A DNA stretch of 64,000 bases from an uncultured Acidobacteriota bacterium (GTDB lineage: Bacteria; Acidobacteriota; Polarisedimenticolia; J045), in contig CAVPCQ010000037.1 in the NCBI GenBank assembly GCA_963702425.1, forward strand, positions 320,001-384,000, written 5' to 3'. Of the stretch, positions 48,774-56,743 are shown piece by piece. The translations under genes and the position numbers were made by a program. Positions within the stretch are counted from its first letter, which is position 1. Every line of letters begins with the position of its first letter. The notes under the pieces are model-generated. The model worked only from the letters and a program-made list of their open reading frames with translations, was not told where the DNA came from and did no database searches.

Positions 48774-49799
48774 TCACCGCGCCGCCGGCCCGGGACGCTG
48801 GTCCATGCCGTCGCCCGCCAGGGCCGCCAGCACGCGCTCGTGCAGCAGGCCGTTGCTGACGATCACTCCGCGGTTCCGCTCCATCGCGCGCCCACCGCCG
48901 AACTCGAGCGGCCGCCCGTCGGCGTCGGTCACGCGTCCGCCGGCTTCCTCGACGATCAGCGACCCGGCGGCGTGGTCCCAGATCTTCTCGCGGTAATCGG
49001 GGGAACGCGGCGACGGAAGCCGCAGGTAGAGCGCGGCGTCGCCGCGCGCGAGTGCCCCGTACTTGGCCTGGCTGTCCATCCGCAGCGGGGCCGCGCTGAT
49101 GCCGATCGCGCGCGCCACGACCGCGTGCCGGGCCTGGTCGCTGTGAGCGGCCTCGACGCTTTCGGCGAAGCGCAACGCCGGGCCGGCGGCGTCGCGCGCG
49201 ACGCGGATCGGGACACCTCCGCCAGAGCCGCCGGCGGCGAGCGGAGCCATCGTCGCCCCCTGCCCGTGGACCGCGACGAAGAGCGCGCCCACCGGCGCGT
49301 CCGGGTCGTCTGCCGCCAGTGGAAGGGCGGGGCAGGCGAGTGCCGCCACCTCGACCCGCCCGTCGACGACCAGCGCGAGCGCGATCGCGTACTGGTCGCT
49401 GCGCAGGAAGCCCTTCGTGCCGTCGATCGGGTCGAGCGTCCAGAAGCGCGGCGCGACCGCACCGCCGCCGGCATCGATCCAGTCGCAGACGTCGCCCGGG
49501 CTCGCGCCGGGGAGCAGCCGCCGCACCTGGTCGGTTACCGCGGCGAGCATCGCGGCGCCCCCCGGAGCACGCAAGGCGTCGGCGTCCTCCTCGCCGACGA
49601 TCGCGTCGCCCGGGAAGGCCTTGCGCAGCCGCTGGCAGAGCAGCGCCTGCGACCCGAAGTCCGCGATCGTGACCGGGCTGCGGTCGGCTTTCTCGAGCGT
49701 GGCGGGATCGACCCGCTCGGCCCGCACCGCCGCCGCGAGCTGCGCGGCCCGCGAGACGGCCTCGACCGCGACCTGCCGCTCGAGCGCGAATCCGCCCAC
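48774..49799 (-). CDS. 3'(2'),5'-bisphosphate nucleotidase, Hal2/Met22/SAL1 type
   Basis: KADRSPVTIADFGSQA, VGEEDA, FWTLDPIDGTKGFLR..QYA, ESVEAAHS, MDSQAKY, EKIWDHAAG. Confidence 0.9.
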   Translation of the reverse strand: MGGFALERQVAVEAVSRAAQLAAAVRAERVDPATLEKADRSPVTIADFGSQALLCQRLRKAFPGDAIVGEEDADALRAPGGAAMLAAVTDQVRRLLPGASPGDVCDWIDAGGGAVAPRFWTLDPIDGTKGFLRSDQYAIALALVVDGRVEVAALACPALPLAADDPDAPVGALFVAVHGQGATMAPLAAGGSGGGVPIRVARDAAGPALRFAESVEAAHSDQARHAVVARAIGISAAPLRMDSQAKYGALARGDAALYLRLPSPRSPDYREKIWDHAAGSLIVEEAGGRVTDADGRPLEFGGGRAMERNRGVIVSNGLLHERVLAALAGDGMDQRPGPAAR

Positions 49800-49803
49800 G
49801 GGT

Positions 49804-49926
49804 TCAGCGGTGCAGCGAATCGATCCGCCGGGCGAGCCCGGCGTTCTTCGCCACCAGGCGTCCGACGAAGAGCGCGATCAGCGCGAACCCGGCGGCATAG
49901 CCCCAGAACATCATCGTGGTGCTCAT
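49804..49926 (-). CDS. ccmD: heme exporter protein D (CcmD-like, 40 aa)
   Basis: MFWGYAAGFALIALFVGRL plus a charged tail; overlaps the ccmC stop. Confidence 0.7.
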   Translation of the reverse strand: MSTTMMFWGYAAGFALIALFVGRLVAKNAGLARRIDSLHR

Positions 49927-50639
49927 CGTGCGTTCTCCTCGTGCTCCATCAGCCGCTCGCGCGCCGAGACCGCGTCCTCGAGCTGCGCCGTTCGCCAGGC
50001 TGCGTAGAGCAGCGCGACGTGCATCAGCGTGACGCCGATCATTCCGCAGACGAAGGCGGTCCACATCTCGGGGGCCAGGGCCCCCTCCGCGCCGCGCTTG
50101 AAGATCACCGGGTGGTTCCCGCGCCACCAGTGGACCGACAGGTAGACGACGGGCAGGTTGAGCACCCCGACGATCGCGATCACCGAGGCCAGCCGGGCGG
50201 CCTGCTCGGCGTTGTGCGAGACCTTCCGGACCAGCATCGCGCCGAGGAAGATCAGCCAGGTGATCAGCGAGGTCGTCAGGCGCGGCTCCCAGGTCCACCA
50301 GGTGCCCCACGCCGACCGGGCCCAGATCGGGCCGGTGATCAGCACGATCGTGGCCCAGAGCGTCCCGGTCTCGACCGCGGCCCGGCCGATCTCGTCCCAG
50401 CCCGAACGCCGGGTCGCCAGGTACGCGATCCCGGCGACGCCGGACAGCACGAAGGCCAGCATCGCGTTCGCCGCCGCCGGCACGTGGAAGTAGAAGATCC
50501 GCTGCACGTCGCCCATCACCCTCTCGGTCGGGGCGTACAGCATCGCGCCCCACAGCAGGAGCAGCGCCCCGGCGAGGAACAGCCCCCCGCTGAGGATCGC
50601 GGCCGGCCGGCCGAGCGGGACGGACTTGTCGTCGAACAT
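49923..50639 (-). CDS. ccmC: cytochrome c biogenesis heme chaperone loader CcmC
   Basis: QRIFYFHVP, TGPIWARSAWGTWWTWEPRLT, SVHWWRGNHP. Confidence 0.92.
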   Translation of the reverse strand: MFDDKSVPLGRPAAILSGGLFLAGALLLLWGAMLYAPTERVMGDVQRIFYFHVPAAANAMLAFVLSGVAGIAYLATRRSGWDEIGRAAVETGTLWATIVLITGPIWARSAWGTWWTWEPRLTTSLITWLIFLGAMLVRKVSHNAEQAARLASVIAIVGVLNLPVVYLSVHWWRGNHPVIFKRGAEGALAPEMWTAFVCGMIGVTLMHVALLYAAWRTAQLEDAVSARERLMEHEENAR

Positions 50640-50664
50640 CGTGCGATCTCCCGTGTTCCCGCCG

Positions 50665-51354
50665 CTACTCGACGAGGACCGATTCGAACAGGATGGCGCC
50701 CAGCGCCAGGTTGAGCCCCAGCGTCGCCACCAGGACCGCCGGCCACGGGGCGGCGCCCGCGAGCGTACCGCCGGCCAGCAGCGTGGCGGTCGTCATCGAC
50801 CCGGCGATCAGGATCGGCGACGCGACCGGCAGGACGAGGATCGACAGCATCGCTTCGCCGCGCCCGAGGCTCGTCGTCAGGCTTCCGAGCAGGGTGCCCA
50901 GCGCGGCCAGCCCGCCCGTGCCCGCCAGCAGGGCCAGCGCGAGCTGTTCCCAGCGGATCCCCGGCGGCAGGTCGAAGAAGACGATCGTCAGCGGGACGAG
51001 CAGCGCTTCGACCGCGAGCCCCAGCAGCAGCCCCTCGAACCACTTGACCGCGAAGAGCGCGGTGCGGTCGAGCGGCGAGAGCAGCAGCCCCTGCCAGCGC
51101 TCCTCGTCGCGGTCGACCAGCAGCGCCCGCGCCTGCCCGACCAGCATCGCGAAGGCGATCGCGGTCCAGAGGATGCCGGGCGCCAGGCGGCGCCGGTCGT
51201 CGGGCCCCAGCTCGGGGAGATTGAAGGTGACGCCTGCGACGACCAGCACGATCATCGCGAACATCAGCATCGGGACGAGCGCCTCGCCCGTCCGCAGCTC
51301 GCGGCGCAGGTCGGCGACGAACAGCGCCGCACTCGCGCGCGCGACGCCGCTCAC
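50665..51354 (-). CDS. ccmB: heme exporter permease CcmB
   Basis: ADLRRELRT, LAPGILW, DEERWQGLLLSP, LFAVK, LSILVLPVASPILI. Confidence 0.85.
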   Translation of the reverse strand: MSGVARASAALFVADLRRELRTGEALVPMLMFAMIVLVVAGVTFNLPELGPDDRRRLAPGILWTAIAFAMLVGQARALLVDRDEERWQGLLLSPLDRTALFAVKWFEGLLLGLAVEALLVPLTIVFFDLPPGIRWEQLALALLAGTGGLAALGTLLGSLTTSLGRGEAMLSILVLPVASPILIAGSMTTATLLAGGTLAGAAPWPAVLVATLGLNLALGAILFESVLVE

Positions 51355-51397
51355 GCGGCTTCTCCGGTGCCGCTCACGCGACAATTGCCGCGGCCGC

Positions 51398-52126
51398 TCA
51401 CGCGGCCGTCCGCGGCGCCGCGACCAGCGCGGTCCAGCCGGCCGCATCGTGGTCGCGGCCGCGCCCAGGGCGGCGATCCGCCCGCGATTCAGCACCAGCA
51501 CCCGGTCGGCCAGCGGCAGCGCCGCCTCGGCGCGGTGGCTGATCATCGCCAGCGTCGACGCCGCGCGCGCGCTGCTCGCCAGTAGCGCGTCGAGCCGCGC
51601 CCGACCCTCCGGGTCGAGGCCGGTCGTCGGCTCGTCGAGCAGCACGAGGCGCGGGGCGTGCTGCAGCGCGCGGGCCAGCGCCAGGCGCTGCATCATCCCG
51701 CGCGAGAAGCCGCGCACCGGGCGGTGCGCGGCGCGGGCCAGCCCGATCTTCTCGAGCCAGTGCTCGGCCAGCGTCCCGGTGTCGCCGGGCACGCCGTAGA
51801 GCCGCGCGTAGAGCTCGAGGTTCTCGCGGGCGGTCAGGTGGTCGTAGAGGAACGAGCGGTGGCCGAGGAAACCGATCGGCCGCGCGCGCCCGCGCCGCCT
51901 TCGTCCCTCGAGGTCGATCCCGTCGACCAGCACCGTTGCCGGAGGTCGGGCGGGTCAGCCCGGCGGCGAGGCGCAGCAGCGTGGACTTGCCGGCGCCGTT
52001 CGGTCCGAGGACCAGCAGCGCCTCCCCGGGGGCGACCGTCAGCGTGGCTTCCGCCAGGGCCACCACCGCGCCGAAGCGCCGGCCGGCGGACCGGAACTCG
52101 AGCGCGATGCCGGGGGCGGCACTCAC
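51398..52126 (-). CDS. ccmA: heme exporter ATPase CcmA (frameshifted)
   Basis: GPNGAGKSTLL in ORF 51398-52126; LYDHLTARENL, FSRGMMQRLALARAL, LLDEPTTGLD and ISH in a second frame. Confidence 0.85.
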   Translation of the reverse strand: MSAAPGIALEFRSAGRRFGAVVALAEATLTVAPGEALLVLGPNGAGKSTLLRLAAGLTRPTSGNGAGRRDRPRGTKAARARAADRFPRPPLVPLRPPDRPREPRALRAALRRARRHRDAGRALAREDRAGPRRAPPGARLLARDDAAPGAGPRAAARPAPRAARRADDRPRPGGSGAARRATGEQRARGVDAGDDQPPRRGGAAAGRPGAGAESRADRRPGRGRDHDAAGWTALVAAPRTAA

Positions 52127-52257
52127 TCCGGCTCGTCTCCGCCGGACGGTGGGGGGGGCGCCGGGACCGGACCTTCCATCTCGCGGAACGCGGGCGGCAG
52201 GACGTACGCCGCCGCGAGGCCCATCAGGACGCCGATCAGGAGCAGCAGCTTGAGCAT
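52123..52257 (-). CDS. small single-TM protein (44 aa) inside the ccm operon
   Basis: MLKLLLLIGVLMGLAAAYVLPPAFREMEGPVPAPPPPSGGDEPE; GAGGGAG SD; its stop overlaps the ccmA GTG. Confidence 0.6.
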   Translation of the reverse strand: MLKLLLLIGVLMGLAAAYVLPPAFREMEGPVPAPPPPSGGDEPE

Positions 52258-52285
52258 CGTCTCCCTCGATTCCGGTCGCGCGCCG

Positions 52286-54311
52286 TCAGGCCGCGGCGGC
52301 GGCCGGTTCGCCGATCCACTCGCACTCGTCGCGCCGCTGCGGCCAGCCGGACACGACGCAGCCGAGGGCCAGGAGCAGGCCGCCGAGCCACAGGAAGTTG
52401 ATCAGCGGGTGGACGATCACCTCGAAGGTCCCGCGCCCGCTCGCCACCTCGAGGTTGACCGCGATCACGTAGAAGTCCTCACCGACGCGCCCGAGCTGCG
52501 ACAGGCCGCGCGGGACGAGCGTCGGCAGGATCGCGACTTCGGTCGTGGGCTGCTCGGTGCGCTTGTAGATCCGGCGCTGCGGCGTGACGTGCTCGACCGT
52601 GTCCGAGCCGGGGCGCTGCACGCCCAGCCGCATGATCGCGGCGTCGTACTCGGGGCGGTTGACGATGTCGAACCCCTCATAGGTGATGCGGTAGCCGTCG
52701 ATCTCGACCGACTGGCCCGGGGCCAGCGCCTCGAAGGTCTGGTCCTTCTTGTAGGCCGACGAGCCGGCGATGCCGATCGCCATGACCGCCACGCCGATGT
52801 GCACGAGGTAGCCGCCGTAGCGGCGCTTGTGACTCGCCACCTGCCGGAACAGCGCCGGGAAGAACCCCTCGCCGGTCGTGCGCCGGCGCTCGGCGATGTC
52901 CTGGACGGCCTGCTGCACGACTGCTCCGAGCACGAAGACGGAGACGACGAAATAGGCCAGCGACCACGGCTCACGCGCCCCGCCGACGAAGCAGGCGACC
53001 CCGGTGGCGAGGCCCGCCGCGGCCGGGAAGAGGAACGCGCGCCCCAACTCCGCGCCGTTCTTGATCCGCCAGCCGACCAGCGGGCCGGTCCCCATCAGGA
53101 AGAGCAGCAGCAGGAAGAAGGGGCGTGTCGCCTCGGTGAACTGGATCGGCTCCTTGGTCACCTGCTGGCCGGTGAACAGCTCGGAGAAGACCGGCCACAT
53201 CGTCAGCACGAAGATCATCAGCGTCAGGCCGACGAGCGCGATGTTCGCGAACAGGAAGGTCCCTTCGCGCGACCAGAACGAGTCGAGCGGCGCCTTGGCC
53301 TTGAGCTTCGGCAGCCGTGCGATGAGCAGCGCGATCGCGAAGGCCGAGCCGGTGCCGAGGAAGAGCATGAACCAGTAGCCGATGTTCGAGCGCTGGAAGG
53401 CGTGCACCGACTGGATGATCCCCGAGCGGGTGATGAAGGTCCCGTAGACGACCATCACGAGCGTGAGGATCACCAGCAGGAAGCTCCAGACCCGGAACAG
53501 ACCCTTGCGCTCCTGGATGATCACCGAGTGCAGGTAGGCGGTCAGCGTCAGCCAGGGGAGGAAGCTCGCGTTCTCGACCGGGTCCCAGGCCCAGAAGCCG
53601 CCCCAGCCCAGCTCGAGATAGGCCCAGTAGGCCCCGAGCCAGATCCCGATCGAGAGGAAGGCGAAGGTGAACAGCGTCCAGCGTCGCGTCGCCCGGACCC
53701 AGGCGTTGTCGAGCCGGCCGGCGAACAGGGCCGCGACCGCGAAGGCGAAGGGGATCGTCGCCCCGACGTAGCCGAAGTAGAGCGTCGGGGGGTGGATCAC
53801 CATCCAGGGGTTCTGGAGCAGCGGGTTCAGCCCGACCCCGTTGGCCGGGACCTCCATCGCCGGGAAGGTGCGGAACGGGTTGGCGACGAAGGCCGTGACC
53901 GTGATGAAGAACGTCAGCACGCCGGCGAGGGTGGCGTAGACCCACGGCATCAGGTCCTGCGGCGCCCTCGCCGAGCGTGAAGACGACGATCGCGGAGAAG
54001 ACCGCGAGCAGAAAGCACCAGAGCAGGAGCGAGCCGTCCTGGCCGCCCCACAGCGCGGACAGCTTGTACATGAAAGGCTGCTCGCGGCTGGAATACTCCG
54101 AGACGTAGCGGATCACGAACTGGTCGGTGAGCAGCGCGAGCAGCAGGACGCCGGTCGAGAGCGAGACCAGCACCGCGGTTGCGACGATGCCGCGCGCGGC
54201 GCTCCGGACGAGACCCGGGGAGCGGGTCAGCACCCCGAGCCCGGCCGCGAAGAGGACCCAGACCGAGACGATCAGCGAGACGAGAAGGGCAGCCTGTCCG
54301 AGGGCGGGCAT
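52286..54311 (-). CDS. ccmF: cytochrome c heme lyase CcmF (one frameshift at about 53960)
   Basis: SALWGGQDGSLLLW, GLNPLLQNPWMVIHPP, WAYLELGWGGFWAWDPVENAS, AYLHS, SVHAF, YLVHIG. Confidence 0.93.
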
Positions 54312-54401
54312 CCGATCACTCCGGCGATAGGGCGCGGAAGAATACCCCGGCCCGCGCGCCCCGACACGCTGCCGGCGCCGCGCGGAGGTTCGGGGGCCCG
54401 G

Positions 54402-54842
54402 CTAGGCGCCGGGGCGGGCGGGCGTGCTGCTGGGGTCGGCGGCTTCGTACTTCGAGGGGCACTTGGCGAGCAGCTGCTTGGCCTGGAACACGCCGTCCTT
54501 GCCCATCTGGCCCGAGACGACGACCTGCGAGCCGTCGACGAACGTGTCGGGGATGCGGCCGCCGGCGGTCCGGGAGTCGAAAAAGACCGGAATCGCCTTG
54601 ACCCCGCCGTTCCCGCGAATCTGGAACCTCACCGCGAGGCCGGCCGGATCCTTTCCGATCGAGTCGTCGACGACGAACCCGGCCAGGCGAACCGGGCTGT
54701 CGGTCGGCTTCGACAGGTACTCGTCCACTTCGAGGTAGTAGAGCTTCTCTTCCTTGGTGCCGCCGACCGTCCGGGCCATGAGAAACACCATGGACGCGAC
54801 CAGCACCCCCACGAGGACCAGCAGTTTTGGGCTGAACGTCAC
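54402..54842 (-). CDS. ccmE: heme chaperone CcmE, CxxxY variant
   Basis: N-terminal TM helix, LYYL, VRLAGFV, IPDTF..G..VVVSG, FQAKQLLAKCPSKY. Confidence 0.9.
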   Translation of the reverse strand: MTFSPKLLVLVGVLVASMVFLMARTVGGTKEEKLYYLEVDEYLSKPTDSPVRLAGFVVDDSIGKDPAGLAVRFQIRGNGGVKAIPVFFDSRTAGGRIPDTFVDGSQVVVSGQMGKDGVFQAKQLLAKCPSKYEAADPSSTPARPGA

Positions 54843-55069
54843 GGCCGGAAACCTCCTCGGAACCCCCTCACATGCTGGACTCCGATCCGTTGACCGGCAA
54901 GAAGGCGATGAACCCCCGGAGCCGGGCAGGTTATGGAGATTTATTACAGTTATTTTCTCTTGCCCGCAAACCCGGCTTGCCACCGCCGGCTTCGGCCGGT
55001 CCCCGCCGCCGGCCGGTCCCCTCCGCCGGCTGATTCGCCCCGCACGCCGGCACCCCGTTGCACGGTCCG

Positions 55070-55153
55070 ATTCGGGACCTAAATTCAACGGTGGACGCTT
55101 CATGACCCCCTAACTCGGGGAGGCCGGACCCAGCCGGTCTCCCCCATTTTTTT
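55070..55153 (+). ncRNA. candidate small RNA ending in an orphan intrinsic terminator
   Basis: No plus-strand gene upstream, yet a strong hairpin plus T7 is present. The 5' end is a guess based on a sigma54-like motif. Confidence 0.35.
55117..55153 (+). terminator. intrinsic terminator
   Basis: GGGGAGGCCGG-acccag-CCGGTCTCCCC followed by CA and TTTTTTT. Confidence 0.75.
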
Positions 55154-55245
55154 GACCCCGGAGGCCCTTCCGGGCTCCCCGGATGGCCGAACGCGCGATC
55201 CACGCTAGACTGCCCGGTCGTTGCCCAAGGAGCGGTTTTTCCCCG

Positions 55246-55815
55246 ATGCGCCACATCCAGGACAAGATCGAGGCCGAGCTGAAGCTGCTCGACCGCGAGC
55301 TGCGAATCGAGCTCCCCAAGGAGATCGCCCGGGCCACCGCGCTGGGCGACCTGCGCGAGAACGCGGAGTACCACGCCGCCCTCGACCGCCAGCGCTATGT
55401 CCAGGCCCGGATCGCCCACCTCAACCAGCGCCGATCCCAGCTTTCGACCGTGCGTCTCGACCAGATCCCCCGCGATCGGGCAGCCTTCGGCTCGATCGTC
55501 ACGATGCGCGAACTCGACACCGGGGAGGAGCTGGTCTACGAGCTGGTCCTGGGGGACGACGGGGACGCCTCGCTGGGCCGGATCTCCGTCTCGTCGCCGA
55601 TCGGCCGCGCGCTCCTGAACCGGCGCCCGGGCGAGGAGGTGACGGTCCGCGTGCCGTCCGGCGAGCGCACCTTCGAGGTGATCGCGCTGAAGACGCTGCA
55701 CGAGCGGGAGGAGATCTCCGGGGCCCGCCCGGCGGGCGGCCGATCCCGGGCGCCGGATGACCCGACGGACGCGGACCCGGACGCGGAAGGGCGAGTGGGT
55801 GAGCCCGGAGTCTGA
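55246..55815 (+). CDS. greA: transcription elongation factor GreA
   Basis: EIARATALGDLRENAEYHAA, AFGSIV, ISVSSPIGRALL; AAGGAG SD and TAGACT upstream. Confidence 0.92.
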   Translation: MRHIQDKIEAELKLLDRELRIELPKEIARATALGDLRENAEYHAALDRQRYVQARIAHLNQRRSQLSTVRLDQIPRDRAAFGSIVTMRELDTGEELVYELVLGDDGDASLGRISVSSPIGRALLNRRPGEEVTVRVPSGERTFEVIALKTLHEREEISGARPAGGRSRAPDDPTDADPDAEGRVGEPGV

Positions 55816-56707
55816 GGCAGGACCGGGGAGGCTGCTCCCCGGCCTGGTGCGTTCCCTTCGCCCGCACCAGTGGACGAAGAACATCTTCGTCTTCGGAGCG
55901 CTCGTCTTCTCGCAGCACCTCTTCGACCGCCGCTCGCTGCTGCTCGCGCTGCTGGCGTTCTTCGTATTCTGCGCGGTCTCGTCGTCGATCTACCTGACCA
56001 ACGACATCATGGACCGCGAGCAGGACCGCCTGCACCCGCACAAGAAGCGGCGCCCGATCGCCTCGGGGCAGGTTCCGGTGGGGCTGGCGGCGGGGCTCGC
56101 CCTCGCGCTGTTCGCCCTCGCGGTGGCGCTGGCGCTCTCGCTCGGCCCCCGCTTCCTGGCTGTGGTCCTGCTCTACGCCGGGCTGTCCTACGCCTACTGC
56201 TTCGGACTGAAGCGGCTCGTCATCATCGACGTCATGGTCCTGGCCTCCGGCTACGCCCTGCGGGCGGTCGGCGGGGCGGTCGCGATCCAGGTCCACTTCT
56301 CGAGCTGGCTGCTCCTTTGCACTTCGCTCCTGGCGCTGTTCCTCGGCTTCTGCAAGCGTCGGCAGGAGCTGACCTTGCTGCAGGAGGGGGCGGTCGCCCA
56401 CCGGGCGGTGCTGGCCAACTACACCGTCTCGTTTCTCGACCAGATGATCGCTGTGGTCACGGCGGCGACGCTGATCTCCTACATCTTCTACGCCCTCTCC
56501 GAAGAGGTCGCGGCCCGGCTCGGCACCCACCGGCTGGGCTTCACGATTCCGTTCGTCCTGTACGGGATTTTCCGCTACTTCTACCTGGTCCACATCCGCG
56601 GCGAGGGAGGACGCCCGGCGCGCGAGGTGCTGGCCGACACCCCGCTGCTGGTCAACGTCGTGTTCTACGGGGCGGCCGTCGTCCTGATCCTCTACTGGTT
56701 CCCGTAG
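55799..56707 (+). CDS. UbiA-family decaprenyl-phosphate phosphoribosyltransferase-like protein
   Basis: LRPHQWTKN, YLTNDIMDREQDRLHPHKKRRPIASG, LKRLVIIDV, KRRQEL, TIPFVLYGIFRY. Confidence 0.88.
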   Translation: MSPESEAGPGRLLPGLVRSLRPHQWTKNIFVFGALVFSQHLFDRRSLLLALLAFFVFCAVSSSIYLTNDIMDREQDRLHPHKKRRPIASGQVPVGLAAGLALALFALAVALALSLGPRFLAVVLLYAGLSYAYCFGLKRLVIIDVMVLASGYALRAVGGAVAIQVHFSSWLLLCTSLLALFLGFCKRRQELTLLQEGAVAHRAVLANYTVSFLDQMIAVVTAATLISYIFYALSEEVAARLGTHRLGFTIPFVLYGIFRYFYLVHIRGEGGRPAREVLADTPLLVNVVFYGAAVVLILYWFP

Positions 56708-56743
56708 GCGTTTCACCGTATCTCTTGCCGGAAGGGGCAGGCG

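Noticed and set aside
50665-51933. Apparent CcmA-CcmB fusion in the ORF track
   Set aside because: The linker reads as off-frame Arg-rich sequence, the natural CcmA end appears in another frame (stop at 51398), and ccmB has its own GTG.
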